A stretch of 52,198 nt of DNA from Gaiellales bacterium (GTDB lineage Bacteria; Actinomycetota; Thermoleophilia; Gaiellales; JAICJC01): the NCBI GenBank assembly GCA_035537595.1, contig DATLLX010000016.1, positions 1 through 52,198 of the forward strand, given 5' to 3'. The notes below the pieces were generated by a model. The model was not told the origin of the DNA and searched no databases. It saw only the letters and a list, made by a program, of their open reading frames with translations. Below, in pieces: positions 1-7,751 of the stretch (position 1 is its first letter; each line of letters opens with the position of its first letter). A program made the position numbers and the translations under genes.

Positions 1-2410
1 CCTCGATCGCGAAGCCCTGGGTGATGGTCAGCTGGTAGCTCTCGCGAGGGAACTCGGCGAACGCGTAGGCGTGGCTCACGCCCAACCGCTTGGCCAGGAT
101 CGCCTCGGCCTCGTACTGGATGTTGTCGCCCGGGTAGACGCGCAGGTAGGTCGGCCCGCCGGCGCGCTGGAACCGCCCGGGGTCATCGGCTGCCACGCCG
201 GGCCCGGTTCTCGTCAGGCCGACGTAGGAGTTGCCGGGTGAGATCAGGGCCAGCGGATCCGAGGCGCTGTTCAGGATCGGCAGCACCACCTCGGCACAGC
301 CCGAGTTGAGGGTGCCGATCACCCCGACGACGCTTTTCGTCCCCGCGTACGCCTTTGCGTTCGCCTCGCACTTGCCGGCGTCATAGGTGGCCGCCTGCTG
401 CGTCGCGTCGTCACATGGCTGGTAGCCCACCCGGAACTTGCCGGCCCGGAACGAGTGCCCGCGAAGCACGTACTCCACCGTCTGCACCATCGGCAGCGTG
501 ACCGGGGCGAAGATGCCGGTCACCGGGAAGTCCGAAGCGATTAGCAGATCGGGGCTGCCGGTGCCCCCGTAGACAACCGGCCCGCACGAGCTCGACGGCA
601 GCGTCGCCAGCTTGTGGGTGTCGGAGCCGCCGCCCGCGATCGCGGCGCCGCCGCCGCCGGCCACCGTCACCAGCACCTGGCCGCCGGCGATGGCAACCCG
701 CTGCGGCGCCTGGCCGACGGCCACTCGGCTGACCGCGCCGGAGCCTGGATCGACGCGGATCAGCGCGCCGTCGATGCCGCTGGCGACCCACACCGCACCG
801 GCACCGTAGGCGACGTCGGAGGCGGACAGGCCGACCGGGATGGTATGGCCTGTCATCGGCCGCGTCGAGGGATCGATCCGCCACAGCAGGCCGCTGAACG
901 GCTCCGCGCCCCACACCAGTCCGCCGCCCACCGCCAGCTCGGTGACCCCGGCCGCGGTGGGGATCGAGAACCGCGCGGTCGCGGTCAGGGTCTGCGGGTC
1001 GAGCCTGGTCAGCCTGGTGCCCGATCCCACCGTCCAGACCGAGCCCTCGCCATAGGCGACCGCGTCAGGGCGGAGCCGCGGCCCCTGCGTCAGGCGGAGC
1101 GACTGGGCATCGATGCGGACGAGCCGGCCGGACGGAGCGGTCGCGAACACCGCGCCGTTGCCGAAGGCCAGCGCCACCACCGAGCCGCCGGTCTCGCCCG
1201 TGCCCGGCAGCCGCACCGACCGCTCCGGCCGCAGGGTGTCCGGATCGACCTCGACCAGCGTGGCGGTGTACACCGTCTGCGCCGTGTCGGTCAGGGCCAC
1301 CCACAGCGCACCGCCCCCGAACACCAGGTCGGCCGGCGTCCCGGCCAGCGACCGCTCGATCACCTCCCCCGTACGGCGGTCGACCCGCGAGATCGTCTGG
1401 GCGTCGGCGTTGAGCGCCCATGAGGCGTCGCTGTCTCCGGCGACGCTGGTGGGCGTCGCACCGACCGCATAGCGGGCCACGATCGCCCTCGTCGCCGGGT
1501 CGATGGCGCCGATCGAGTCGCCGGGCACCCCGGCCAGGGCCGTCTCCTCACCGCCGCCGCCGCGATTGATCATTGCTGCGGCCAGCAGCGCCGCCAGCAG
1601 CAGCAATCCACCGCCGACCATCAGCAGCTGCCGGCTGCGATCCCCCCGGGGCGGCGCCTCCAGCCGCGTGGCCTCCGACCGATCTCCCTCCCGCTCGAGC
1701 ATCGACGCGTGCAGCCGGCGCAGGCGCTCGCCCGGCTCGATGCCCAGCTCGTCGGCCAGCCTGCGGCGGGCGGCGTCGTAGACTTCGAGCGCCTCGGCCC
1801 GGCGGCCGCTGCGGTAGAGGGCCAGGATCAGCTCGGCCAGCACCCGCTCACGCTGCGGATGGGCCCTGGCCAGCGCCCGCAGGCCGGGCAGCGCCTGCAC
1901 GTGGCGGCCGCCGTCCAGCATCGCCTGGAACCGCTCCTCCATCGCGTCCAGACGGAGATCCTCCAGCCGGGCCGCCTCCTCGCGTGCGAAGTCCTCGTAC
2001 TGCACGTCCTCGTACGGACGGCCGCGCCAGAGGGCGAGCGCCTCGTCGAGCGTGCGCTCCGCCTCCCGCGCATCACCCGCCGCCAGCTCGGCCCTGCCAC
2101 TCTCCAGCAGGGCGGTGAAGGTCGTCACGTCGGCCGCCTCGTCGCGCAGCCGGTAGCCGCTGCCGTCGGTTGTGATGGCGTCGGCGCCCAGCAGGCGGCG
2201 CAGCTGCGACACCAGCACCTGGACGTTCTTGACCGCCGTCGGCGGCGGCCGCTCGCCCCACAGCCGGTCGATCAGCACATCCACGGGCACCGTGCGACCG
2301 GCGTCGATCAGCAGCGCCGCCAGCAGCGCGCGCTGCTTGCCCGCGGTCAGCCCCGCCGGCCTCCCCTCCACCAGCGCCTCGATCGGTCCCAGCACGAGGA
2401 GCTCACGCAC
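1..2410 (-). CDS. SARP/AfsR-type regulator (OmpR-like winged helix + BTAD), single-pass transmembrane, with extracytoplasmic beta-propeller-like repeats and a type-1 periplasmic-binding-protein-like domain. The 3' end runs off the window.
   Basis: My own minus-strand translation starts at GTG 2408-2410, with an in-frame TAG at 2420-2422 just upstream. It reads VRELLVLGPIEALVEGRPAGLTAGKQRALLAALL...LWGERPP..AVKNVQVLVSQLRRLLG (winged helix). BTAD follows: ALALWRGRPYEDV...LILALYRSGRRAEALEVYDAARRRLADELGIEPGERL. Then a hydrophobic helix LLMVGGGLLLLAALLAAAMI and repeated units ending in G.G.VWV/LWV. The last part is VIGTLNSGCAEVVLPILN...LISPGNSYVGLT (PBP1-like). The frame stays open to base 1, so the ORF track does not list it. 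Confidence 0.8.
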   Translation of the reverse strand, partial: MRELLVLGPIEALVEGRPAGLTAGKQRALLAALLIDAGRTVPVDVLIDRLWGERPPPTAVKNVQVLVSQLRRLLGADAITTDGSGYRLRDEAADVTTFTALLESGRAELAAGDAREAERTLDEALALWRGRPYEDVQYEDFAREEAARLEDLRLDAMEERFQAMLDGGRHVQALPGLRALARAHPQRERVLAELILALYRSGRRAEALEVYDAARRRLADELGIEPGERLRRLHASMLEREGDRSEATRLEAPPRGDRSRQLLMVGGGLLLLAALLAAAMINRGGGGEETALAGVPGDSIGAIDPATRAIVARYAVGATPTSVAGDSDASWALNADAQTISRVDRRTGEVIERSLAGTPADLVFGGGALWVALTDTAQTVYTATLVEVDPDTLRPERSVRLPGTGETGGSVVALAFGNGAVFATAPSGRLVRIDAQSLRLTQGPRLRPDAVAYGEGSVWTVGSGTRLTRLDPQTLTATARFSIPTAAGVTELAVGGGLVWGAEPFSGLLWRIDPSTRPMTGHTIPVGLSASDVAYGAGAVWVASGIDGALIRVDPGSGAVSRVAVGQAPQRVAIAGGQVLVTVAGGGGAAIAGGGSDTHKLATLPSSSCGPVVYGGTGSPDLLIASDFPVTGIFAPVTLPMVQTVEYVLRGHSFRAGKFRVGYQPCDDATQQAATYDAGKCEANAKAYAGTKSVVGVIGTLNSGCAEVVLPILNSASDPLALISPGNSYVGLTRTGPGVAADDPGRFQRAGGPTYLRVYPGDNIQYEAEAILAKRLGVSHAYAFAEFPRESYQLTITQGFAIE

Positions 2411-2552
2411 CGGGCAACGCTACCACACGCCGGAATAGCTTGATTTGCAGCACTTTTACCGGGACATACCGGGTCTTGAGCGACCCTTTGCCGGGACGTC
2501 CGATGGTACTCCCAACACCGGCCACCGGGGCCGGGGAGACCGGAGGGATCTC

Positions 2553-2972
2553 ATGACTCGCATCTTCAACACCCTGCACCGCGCGGCGCTGCTGGCCGCG
2601 GCGATGATCTGTGTCGCGGCGACGTCGGCCGTCGCGGCGACCACGCCCCCCGACCGTGCCGACGGCCTGAACGGCGCCCATCCGGCCCTGCATGCGTCCA
2701 CGGTCGGCGTGCCCGACCGGACTGACCGGATCGGCACGGCGACGGCGACCGTGGTTCCCGCCGTCGGCGCGCCCGACCGCGCCGACGGCCTGGGCAGCGC
2801 CCGCTTCCCGACCGCGACAGCCCCCACCGTGATCATCCGCACGCCGGCGCCCGACCCCGGGTTCGACTGGCTGGACGCCGGCATCGGCGCCATGGCCACC
2901 CTCGGCGTGGCCGCCCTGGCCGCCGCCGGAGTGGGCGTCCGCTCGCGCCGCCAGGTGGCGCTGCCCTCGTGA
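2553..2972 (+). CDS. Hypothetical secreted or membrane-anchored repeat protein
   Basis: ATG 2553 is preceded by GGAGGG (2542-2547, 5-nt spacer). The N-terminus is signal-like (MTRIFNTLHRAALLAAAMICVAATSAVA). There are three PDR(A/T)D(G/R)(L/I)G repeats. The C-terminus has DPGF, a hydrophobic helix GIGAMATLGVAALAAAGVGV and a basic RSRRQ tail. I recognised no family. Confidence 0.5.
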   Translation: MTRIFNTLHRAALLAAAMICVAATSAVAATTPPDRADGLNGAHPALHASTVGVPDRTDRIGTATATVVPAVGAPDRADGLGSARFPTATAPTVIIRTPAPDPGFDWLDAGIGAMATLGVAALAAAGVGVRSRRQVALPS

Positions 2973-2980
2973 GGCCACGC

Positions 2981-3007
2981 GGGCCGGGCGCTCTCCGCGC
3001 CCGGCCC
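2981..3007. terminator. Perfect 11-bp G+C-rich hairpin between convergent genes (candidate bidirectional terminator, no U-tract)
   Basis: GGGCCGGGCGC (2981-2991), loop TCTCC (2992-2996), GCGCCCGGCCC (2997-3007). It lies between the stop of 2553..2972 (+) and the stop of 3014..3199 (-). Confidence 0.45.
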
Positions 3008-3013
3008 ACAGGT

Positions 3014-3199
3014 CTATTCCTGCTGGGCCGCGATCGCCAGCGCCTCGGACGTGCTGAGGCCGGTGCGCCGCTCACCGGTGGCGGGATCGTAGAAGTCGTA
3101 GCGGGGATCGCCGGCCTGGTCGAGCTCGACCAGGCTCAGCCGCGCGTCGGCCGCGATCGCCTCCTCGACCTCTCGCGCGTCCTGCGGATCGGTTGCCAC
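3014..3199 (-). CDS. Small acidic hypothetical protein (61 aa)
   Basis: The track ORF is MATDPQDAREVEEAIAADARLSLVELDQAGDPRYDFYDPATGERRTGLSTSEALAIAAQQE. Third-position G+C is high, and the composition is unlike the Arg/Pro/Gly-rich antisense artefacts. I recognised no homology. Confidence 0.4.
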   Translation of the reverse strand: MATDPQDAREVEEAIAADARLSLVELDQAGDPRYDFYDPATGERRTGLSTSEALAIAAQQE

Positions 3200-3245
3200 G
3201 GAGACGGAATAGCCCGAACCGGCCGCGACCGAAACCCCGACCCGA

Positions 3246-4904
3246 TCAGCCGCGCAGCGCCGCCGCCGTCTCGCGGGCGGCGCTGTCGCCCTCGTCGGCG
3301 CCCAGCATCCGCGCCAGCTCGTCGACCACCTCGTCGTCGCGCAGCCGCAGAACGCCGGTCACTGTCGGCTCGCCGTCCGACTTCTCGACCCGGAAGTGGG
3401 TCTCGGCGAGGCCGGCGATCTGGGGCAGGTGGGTGATGCAGATCAGCTGGGCCGTGCCGGCCAGCCGCCGCATCTTCTCTCCCACCGCCCTGGCCGTGCG
3501 GCCGCCAACGCCGGCGTCGACCTCGTCCAGCAGCAGCGTCTCCGGGCCACCCCCGCTGCGGGCCGCGACCCGGATCGCCAGCGCGATCCGCGAGAGCTCG
3601 CCGCCCGACGCCACCTGGGCCAGAGGCTGGGCCGGCAGCCCGCTGTTGGCCGCCAACCGAAGCGTGACGGCGTCTGCGCCTCTCGCGCCCAGATCGGCTT
3701 CCTCGAAGCCGACGTCCAGCCGGGCGCCCGACATGCCCAGGTCGTCGAGCTCGGCCTCGACGGCGCGGGCGAACGGCTCGGCCGCGGCCCGCCGGGCGGC
3801 CGAGAGCTCTGCGGCGCGCTCCTTCGCGGCGGCCCCGGCGGCGGCCACCGCCTGCTCGAGCGCCGCCGTCCGCTCACCCTCGCGATCGAGCCGCTCGAGC
3901 GCCTCGCGGGAGTCGCCGGCCTCATCGACGAGCTGCTCCACGGGCGCACCGAACCGCCGCTCCAGCTCCGTGAACAGCTGCAGCCGCCCCTCCAGCTCCT
4001 CCAGCCGCCCGGGATCGGCATCCAGCGCGTCGAGCCGGGCGCCGATGTCGATGGCCGCCTCCTGCAGGCGGACGGCAGCGTCCCGCAACTCACCGGCCAG
4101 CGACTCGAGACTGGGGTCGAACCGTTCGACGTCGGCAACCGCCTCCGCGGCCCGCCCGGTCAACGTCAGCGCGCCCTCCCCGTCGCCGGGGTTGACGAAC
4201 GCCGCCGCACCCGCCAGCGCCGCGACCAGGTCGTCCAGGTGTCGCAGCCGCTCGCGGTCGGCGACCAGCCGCTCCCGCTCGCCGGGTTCGACAGCGGCCT
4301 GCTCGACCCGGGCCGCCAGCTCCTCGAGCTCACCCCGCCGGCGAGCCAGCTCGCGGGCGTCGACGCGGGCCGCTTCCAGCTCCGACCGGGCGTCCCGAAG
4401 GGCGCTCCAGGCGGCCGCCATGGCGGTGGCCGGCGCCTCGAGGCCGCCGTACGCGTCGAGCAGGCCCAGCTGGTAGGACGGCCTGGCCAGCTTCCGGGCC
4501 TCGTGCTGCGACGACACCTCGAGCAGGCGGTCGCCGATCGCCTCCAGGTCGGCCCGGGCGCAGCTCCGGCCCCACACCAGCGCCCTGCTGCGACCGCCGG
4601 CGGTCAGCCTGCGGGCGACGATCAGCGTGTCCTCTCCGTCCGGCCGCAGACCGGCCACGGCCTCCAGCCCCGGGTCGTCCCAGAAGTCCGGCGGAACCCC
4701 GAACTCGGCCTCGACGTATGCCTCCGCGCCGTGCGGGCCGACCAGGCCGGGGCCGGGAGCGCCGCCCGCCACCAGCCCGATCGCCTGCGCCAGCATCGTC
4801 TTGCCCGCGCCGGTCTCGCCGGTCAGCACGTTCAGGCCCGGCCCGGGCTCGAGCTCCGCGTGCTCGATCAGGGCAAGGTTCTCGATCTGCAGGCGAAGCA
4901 GCAC
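3246..4904 (-). CDS. recN: DNA repair protein RecN
   Basis: MLLRLQIENLALIEHAELEPGPGLNVLTGETGAGKTMLAQAIGL (Walker A, SMC-like). A long coiled-coil middle follows. The C-terminus has LSGGELSRIALAI...LLLDEVDAGVGG. It sits downstream of nadK as in many Gram-positives. Confidence 0.95.
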   Translation of the reverse strand: MLLRLQIENLALIEHAELEPGPGLNVLTGETGAGKTMLAQAIGLVAGGAPGPGLVGPHGAEAYVEAEFGVPPDFWDDPGLEAVAGLRPDGEDTLIVARRLTAGGRSRALVWGRSCARADLEAIGDRLLEVSSQHEARKLARPSYQLGLLDAYGGLEAPATAMAAAWSALRDARSELEAARVDARELARRRGELEELAARVEQAAVEPGERERLVADRERLRHLDDLVAALAGAAAFVNPGDGEGALTLTGRAAEAVADVERFDPSLESLAGELRDAAVRLQEAAIDIGARLDALDADPGRLEELEGRLQLFTELERRFGAPVEQLVDEAGDSREALERLDREGERTAALEQAVAAAGAAAKERAAELSAARRAAAEPFARAVEAELDDLGMSGARLDVGFEEADLGARGADAVTLRLAANSGLPAQPLAQVASGGELSRIALAIRVAARSGGGPETLLLDEVDAGVGGRTARAVGEKMRRLAGTAQLICITHLPQIAGLAETHFRVEKSDGEPTVTGVLRLRDDEVVDELARMLGADEGDSAARETAAALRG

Positions 4905-4907
4905 GGC

Positions 4908-5729
4908 TCAGTGCGAGAAGGTGTCGCGGTAGCGGGAGAAGAACGACGTGCCCGGGAGTCTGGCGAGCCGCGCAGAGCGATCCGACATCCGCACCGTGAC
5001 GGCGCCGCCGGGGTCGATCGTGCCCTGCCCGTGGCCGTCGACGATCACCTGCAGCGGGACGTCGACGGTCGCGTTGCGGAGCTCGACCACATGCGACCGG
5101 CCGAGCACCATCGACCGGGCATGCAGCGAGTGGGGCGACACGAAGGACACCACGAAGGCGTCGGTGCCCCAGGCCAGCACCGGCCCGCCGGCGGACAGGT
5201 TGTAGGCGGTCGACCCGGTGGGCGTCGCCAGGATGGCGCCGTCGCAGCCCAGCTCGCCCATCGACACGCCCTCCACCGACCACTCCAGAATCACCATCCG
5301 GCCGAGGATCCCGCTGCTCAGCACCACGTCGTTGATGCCGTTGACGAGACCGCCTTCGCAGTCGGCCTCGATCGTCGGCAGCTCCCGCATCTCGTATCCG
5401 CCGGCGAACGCCTGCTCGAGGCCGGCCTCCAGCTCTGTGGCGGCGATGCTGGTCAGGAAGCCGACCCGGCCGAAGTTGACGCCCAGCGACGCCACCGGCG
5501 TGCCCAGGAACCGTTGCAGCGCCCGCAGCATGGTGCCGTCGCCCCCCAGCACCACCGCCAGCTCGGCGTCGGCGTCGTCCACCAGGCTCACCCCGCACCG
5601 CTCGGCAACCGACCGCAGCCGCCCCAGGGCGTCGCCGATCCGGTCGGCCTTGCCGTGGGTGACCACGGCCACGCGGGAGACCGCCTTGCTAGGCGTCACC
5701 GACGGCGTCTCGGATTGCTTCAGCGACAT
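4908..5729 (-). CDS. nadK: NAD+ kinase
   Basis: Motifs GGDGTMLRAL, NFGRVGFL and ATPTGSTAYNLSAGGP. The start is uncertain: ATG 5729 overlaps tlyA by 41 nt, and an in-frame GTG at 5681 would remove the overlap. Confidence 0.9.
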   Translation of the reverse strand: MSLKQSETPSVTPSKAVSRVAVVTHGKADRIGDALGRLRSVAERCGVSLVDDADAELAVVLGGDGTMLRALQRFLGTPVASLGVNFGRVGFLTSIAATELEAGLEQAFAGGYEMRELPTIEADCEGGLVNGINDVVLSSGILGRMVILEWSVEGVSMGELGCDGAILATPTGSTAYNLSAGGPVLAWGTDAFVVSFVSPHSLHARSMVLGRSHVVELRNATVDVPLQVIVDGHGQGTIDPGGAVTVRMSDRSARLARLPGTSFFSRYRDTFSH

Positions 5730-6483
5730 CGATCACCCGCTTCCCTGTCGACAGGTGCTCGCCGGACGCGAGCGCCATCAGGTACTCGCGGTTCCCGGCG
5801 GGCCCCGGTAGCGAAGAATCGCACACCCCGAGGACGGCGAGCCCCTGCGATGTCGCGAAATCGGCCACACCCTGCAACGCCGCCCGGCGCACCTCGGGAT
5901 CCCGCACGACACCCTTGCGCACGTGCTCCCGGCCGGCCTCGAACTGCGGTTTCACGAGCACCACCGCCCTCCACGGCTCCTGCGCCGCCGCCAGCGCCGC
6001 CGGCAGCGCTGTGCGAAGCGAGATGAACGACACGTCAGCCGTGACGAAGCTGGGCCGGAACGGCAGCATGTCCGCGGTCAGGCTGCGCACATTCTGGCGC
6101 TCCATGACCACCACCCGCGGATCGGACCGCAGCCGCTCGTGCAGCTGCCCCCGCCCCACGTCGAGCGCGACCACCGACTCCGCGCCGTGCTGCAGCAGGC
6201 AGTCCGTGAACCCGCCCGTCGACGCCCCCACGTCCAGGCACCGCTCACCCGTGACGTCGATCGCCAGCTCGCGCAGCGCCGTCTCGAGCTTCTCCCCACC
6301 ACGGCTGACGTACCGTGGCGGTTGGGTCAGCGAGACGTCCGCGCCCTCCCCCACCGGCGCCCCCGCCTTGTCGACCACGACGCCGTCGACCATGGCCCGC
6401 CCGGCCATGATCAGCGCCTGCGCCTGGCTGCGGCTCCCGGCCAGCCCGCGCTCGACGAGCACCACGTCGAGTCGCTCCTTCAC
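5689..6483 (-). CDS. tlyA: TlyA-family rRNA (cytidine-2'-O)-methyltransferase (S4 + FtsJ-like domains)
   Basis: VKERLDVVLVERGLAGSRSQAQALIMAGRAMVDG (S4 domain) and CLDVGASTGGFTDCLLQHGA (SAM motif). Homology begins at GTG 6481-6483. The 93 aa upstream in the 357-aa track ORF read through a non-coding repeat element. Confidence 0.85.
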   Translation of the reverse strand: MKERLDVVLVERGLAGSRSQAQALIMAGRAMVDGVVVDKAGAPVGEGADVSLTQPPRYVSRGGEKLETALRELAIDVTGERCLDVGASTGGFTDCLLQHGAESVVALDVGRGQLHERLRSDPRVVVMERQNVRSLTADMLPFRPSFVTADVSFISLRTALPAALAAAQEPWRAVVLVKPQFEAGREHVRKGVVRDPEVRRAALQGVADFATSQGLAVLGVCDSSLPGPAGNREYLMALASGEHLSTGKRVIDVAEAIRDAVGDA

Positions 6484-6525
6484 CCGCCGCAGGCTACCCG
6501 CCGGCACGGGCACCTGGGCGGCCCT

Positions 6526-6773
6526 GGTGAACACGGGTGTCAGACACCTTTTTCCACCCCGCGCGGGTGAGGCGGGCGTCGTCACGCCGGGAGGCACAAA
6601 GAGGCCGATCGCCGTGACAGGCGATTCGGGCCTCCTTGCAGGGCAAACGCCGGTCAGCCAAGTGGCATTCACTCGCACCGCCAAGTGGCCAACCCCTCCG
6701 CCGCCTCTCGCCCGTGACACCTCGACCCCGGGCGGAGCCGGGTGGACAAGAGTGTCAGACACCTGTGTTCACC
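6526..6773. repeat. A roughly 250-bp non-coding element bounded by 23-nt imperfect inverted repeats (MITE-like or structured spacer)
   Basis: The left end is GGTGAACACGGGTGTCAGACACC (6526-6548). The right end (6751-6773) reverse-complements to GGTGAACACAGGTGTCTGACACT, a 20/23 match. Each end contains the palindrome GGTGTC-N-GACAC. Inside are two copies of GCCAAGTGGC (6657-6666, 6680-6689) and a roughly 13-bp hairpin (6601-6634). Confidence 0.35.
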
Positions 6774-6786
6774 GCCCGGTGTGGCG

Positions 6787-7572
6787 TCAGGCGGTGCGGA
6801 GGGCGATCAGGTCGGTGAGGTCGCGGAGCTCGGTGGTGTCGCCGGGGAGATCCTCGAGCAGGGCGAGGGCGCGGTGATGCGACTCGCGGGCGAGGGCGCG
6901 GGCGCGGTCGATGCCGAGCGTGTTGACGTAGCTGGGCTCGTCGTGGCTGCCGTCGTCAAGGATGTCGTCGACGATCTGGAACAGGAGGCCGAGCTCGGAG
7001 GCGTAGGCGCGGTGGGGGCCAAGCTGGTCGCGGTCGATGCCGCCCACCAGGGCGCCGGTGGTCACGGAGGCGCCGATCAGCGAGCCGGTCTTCAGGCGGT
7101 GCAGCTCGGCCAGCTGGTCGTGGGTGGGCGGGGTGCTGGCGGTGACGTCGAGGTACTGGCCGTCGATCATGCCCTCGACGCCTGCGGCCAGCTCGGCGAT
7201 CACCGCCAGGCGGACGTCGGCGGGGACGTCGAGATGCTCGGCGACGTGCCGGTAGGCGGCGGACAGCAGGGCGTCGCCGACCAGCACGGCCACCGCCTCC
7301 CCGTAGCGGACGTGGCTGGTCGGCTGGCCGCGGCGCTCGCTGTCGTCGTCCAGGGCGGGCAGGTCGTCGTGCACGAGGGAGAACGCATGGATCATCTCGA
7401 CCGCGGCGGCGGCCGGCAGGGCCAGCCGGGGGTCGGCGCCGGCGCCGGCCGCAGCGGCCAGGCAGAGCCGTGGCCGCACGCGCTTGCCGCCGGACAGCAG
7501 CGAGTAGCGGACGGCCTCGCCGAGCCGGTCGTTGCCGGAGGCGACGATGCCGGCCAGGTAGTCGTCGATCAG
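6787..7572 (-). CDS. ispA: Polyprenyl diphosphate synthase (FPP/GGPP synthase, IspA-type). The start is non-canonical or uncertain.
   Basis: AAAVEMIHAFSLVHDDLPALDDD (first DDxxD) and FQIVDDILD (second). The conserved block RLGEAVRYSLLSGGKRVRP lies upstream of the track start (GTG 7479), so the gene must begin further 5'. The only candidate is CTG 7570-7572. Confidence 0.85.
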   Translation of the reverse strand: MIDDYLAGIVASGNDRLGEAVRYSLLSGGKRVRPRLCLAAAAGAGADPRLALPAAAAVEMIHAFSLVHDDLPALDDDSERRGQPTSHVRYGEAVAVLVGDALLSAAYRHVAEHLDVPADVRLAVIAELAAGVEGMIDGQYLDVTASTPPTHDQLAELHRLKTGSLIGASVTTGALVGGIDRDQLGPHRAYASELGLLFQIVDDILDDGSHDEPSYVNTLGIDRARALARESHHRALALLEDLPGDTTELRDLTDLIALRTA

Positions 7573-7751
7573 TGCCCCTGCTCCCCGAGCGCGTCCGCCC
7601 GCCGCTCGATCTCGGTCATCGCGTCCTGCGCCAGAGCGGTGATCCGCTCGAGGATCTCGGTCGCACCCTCGGCGTCGAGCTTCTCATGTTCCAGCCGCAG
7701 GCGCAGCGCCTCGATCTCCGCCGCCAGCTGCTCGAGCACCTCGTCACTCAC
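7569..7751 (-). CDS. xseB: Exodeoxyribonuclease VII small subunit-like protein (60 aa)
   Basis: A helical 60-aa protein, LEQLAAEIEALRLRLEHEKLDAEGATEILERITALAQDAMTEIERR, resembles the XseB helix-turn-helix pattern. It occupies the syntenic slot between nusB and ispA. No xseA is present in the window. Confidence 0.5.
   Translation of the reverse strand: MSDEVLEQLAAEIEALRLRLEHEKLDAEGATEILERITALAQDAMTEIERRADALGEQGH

Noticed and set aside
2441-2475. A candidate sigma-70-type promoter, TTGATT-N17-GACATA, in the SARP / repeat-protein intergenic region.
   Set aside because: The -10 match is weak and promoter consensus in this lineage is unknown. I cannot support it from sequence alone.
2640-2800. 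Repeated DNA encoding the PDRADGL units, considered as a possible CRISPR-like or tandem-repeat array.
   Set aside because: The repeats are short, imperfect, in frame within a coding sequence and irregularly spaced. No CRISPR-like repeat-spacer periodicity appears anywhere in the window.
3396-6026. Very long ORFs antisense to or overlapping well-supported genes. Examples: 3396..6026 (+, 876 aa), 28263..30446 (+, 727 aa), 39281..42070 (+, 929 aa), 39513..42002 (-, 829 aa), 48107..50557 (-, 816 aa), 24862..27078 (+, 738 aa), 15729..17681 (-, 650 aa).
   Set aside because: Their translations are Arg/Pro/Gly/Ala-rich low-complexity strings with no motifs. They lie in alternative frames of genes with clear family signatures (recN, mnmA, hutU, alaS and others). 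Stop-free alternative frames are expected at this G+C content.
6484-6762. N-terminal 93 aa of the 357-aa tlyA track ORF. Similar 5' extensions occur for nusB (8150-8512), pepP (13281-13385), aroC (20399-20686), pip (20413-20505), the DHFR-like gene (21508-21531) and the PQQ dehydrogenase (41905-41967).
   Set aside because: Family homology starts at internal ATG/GTG codons that coincide with RBS motifs or NTGA overlaps. The extensions are compositionally junk or overlap the upstream gene.
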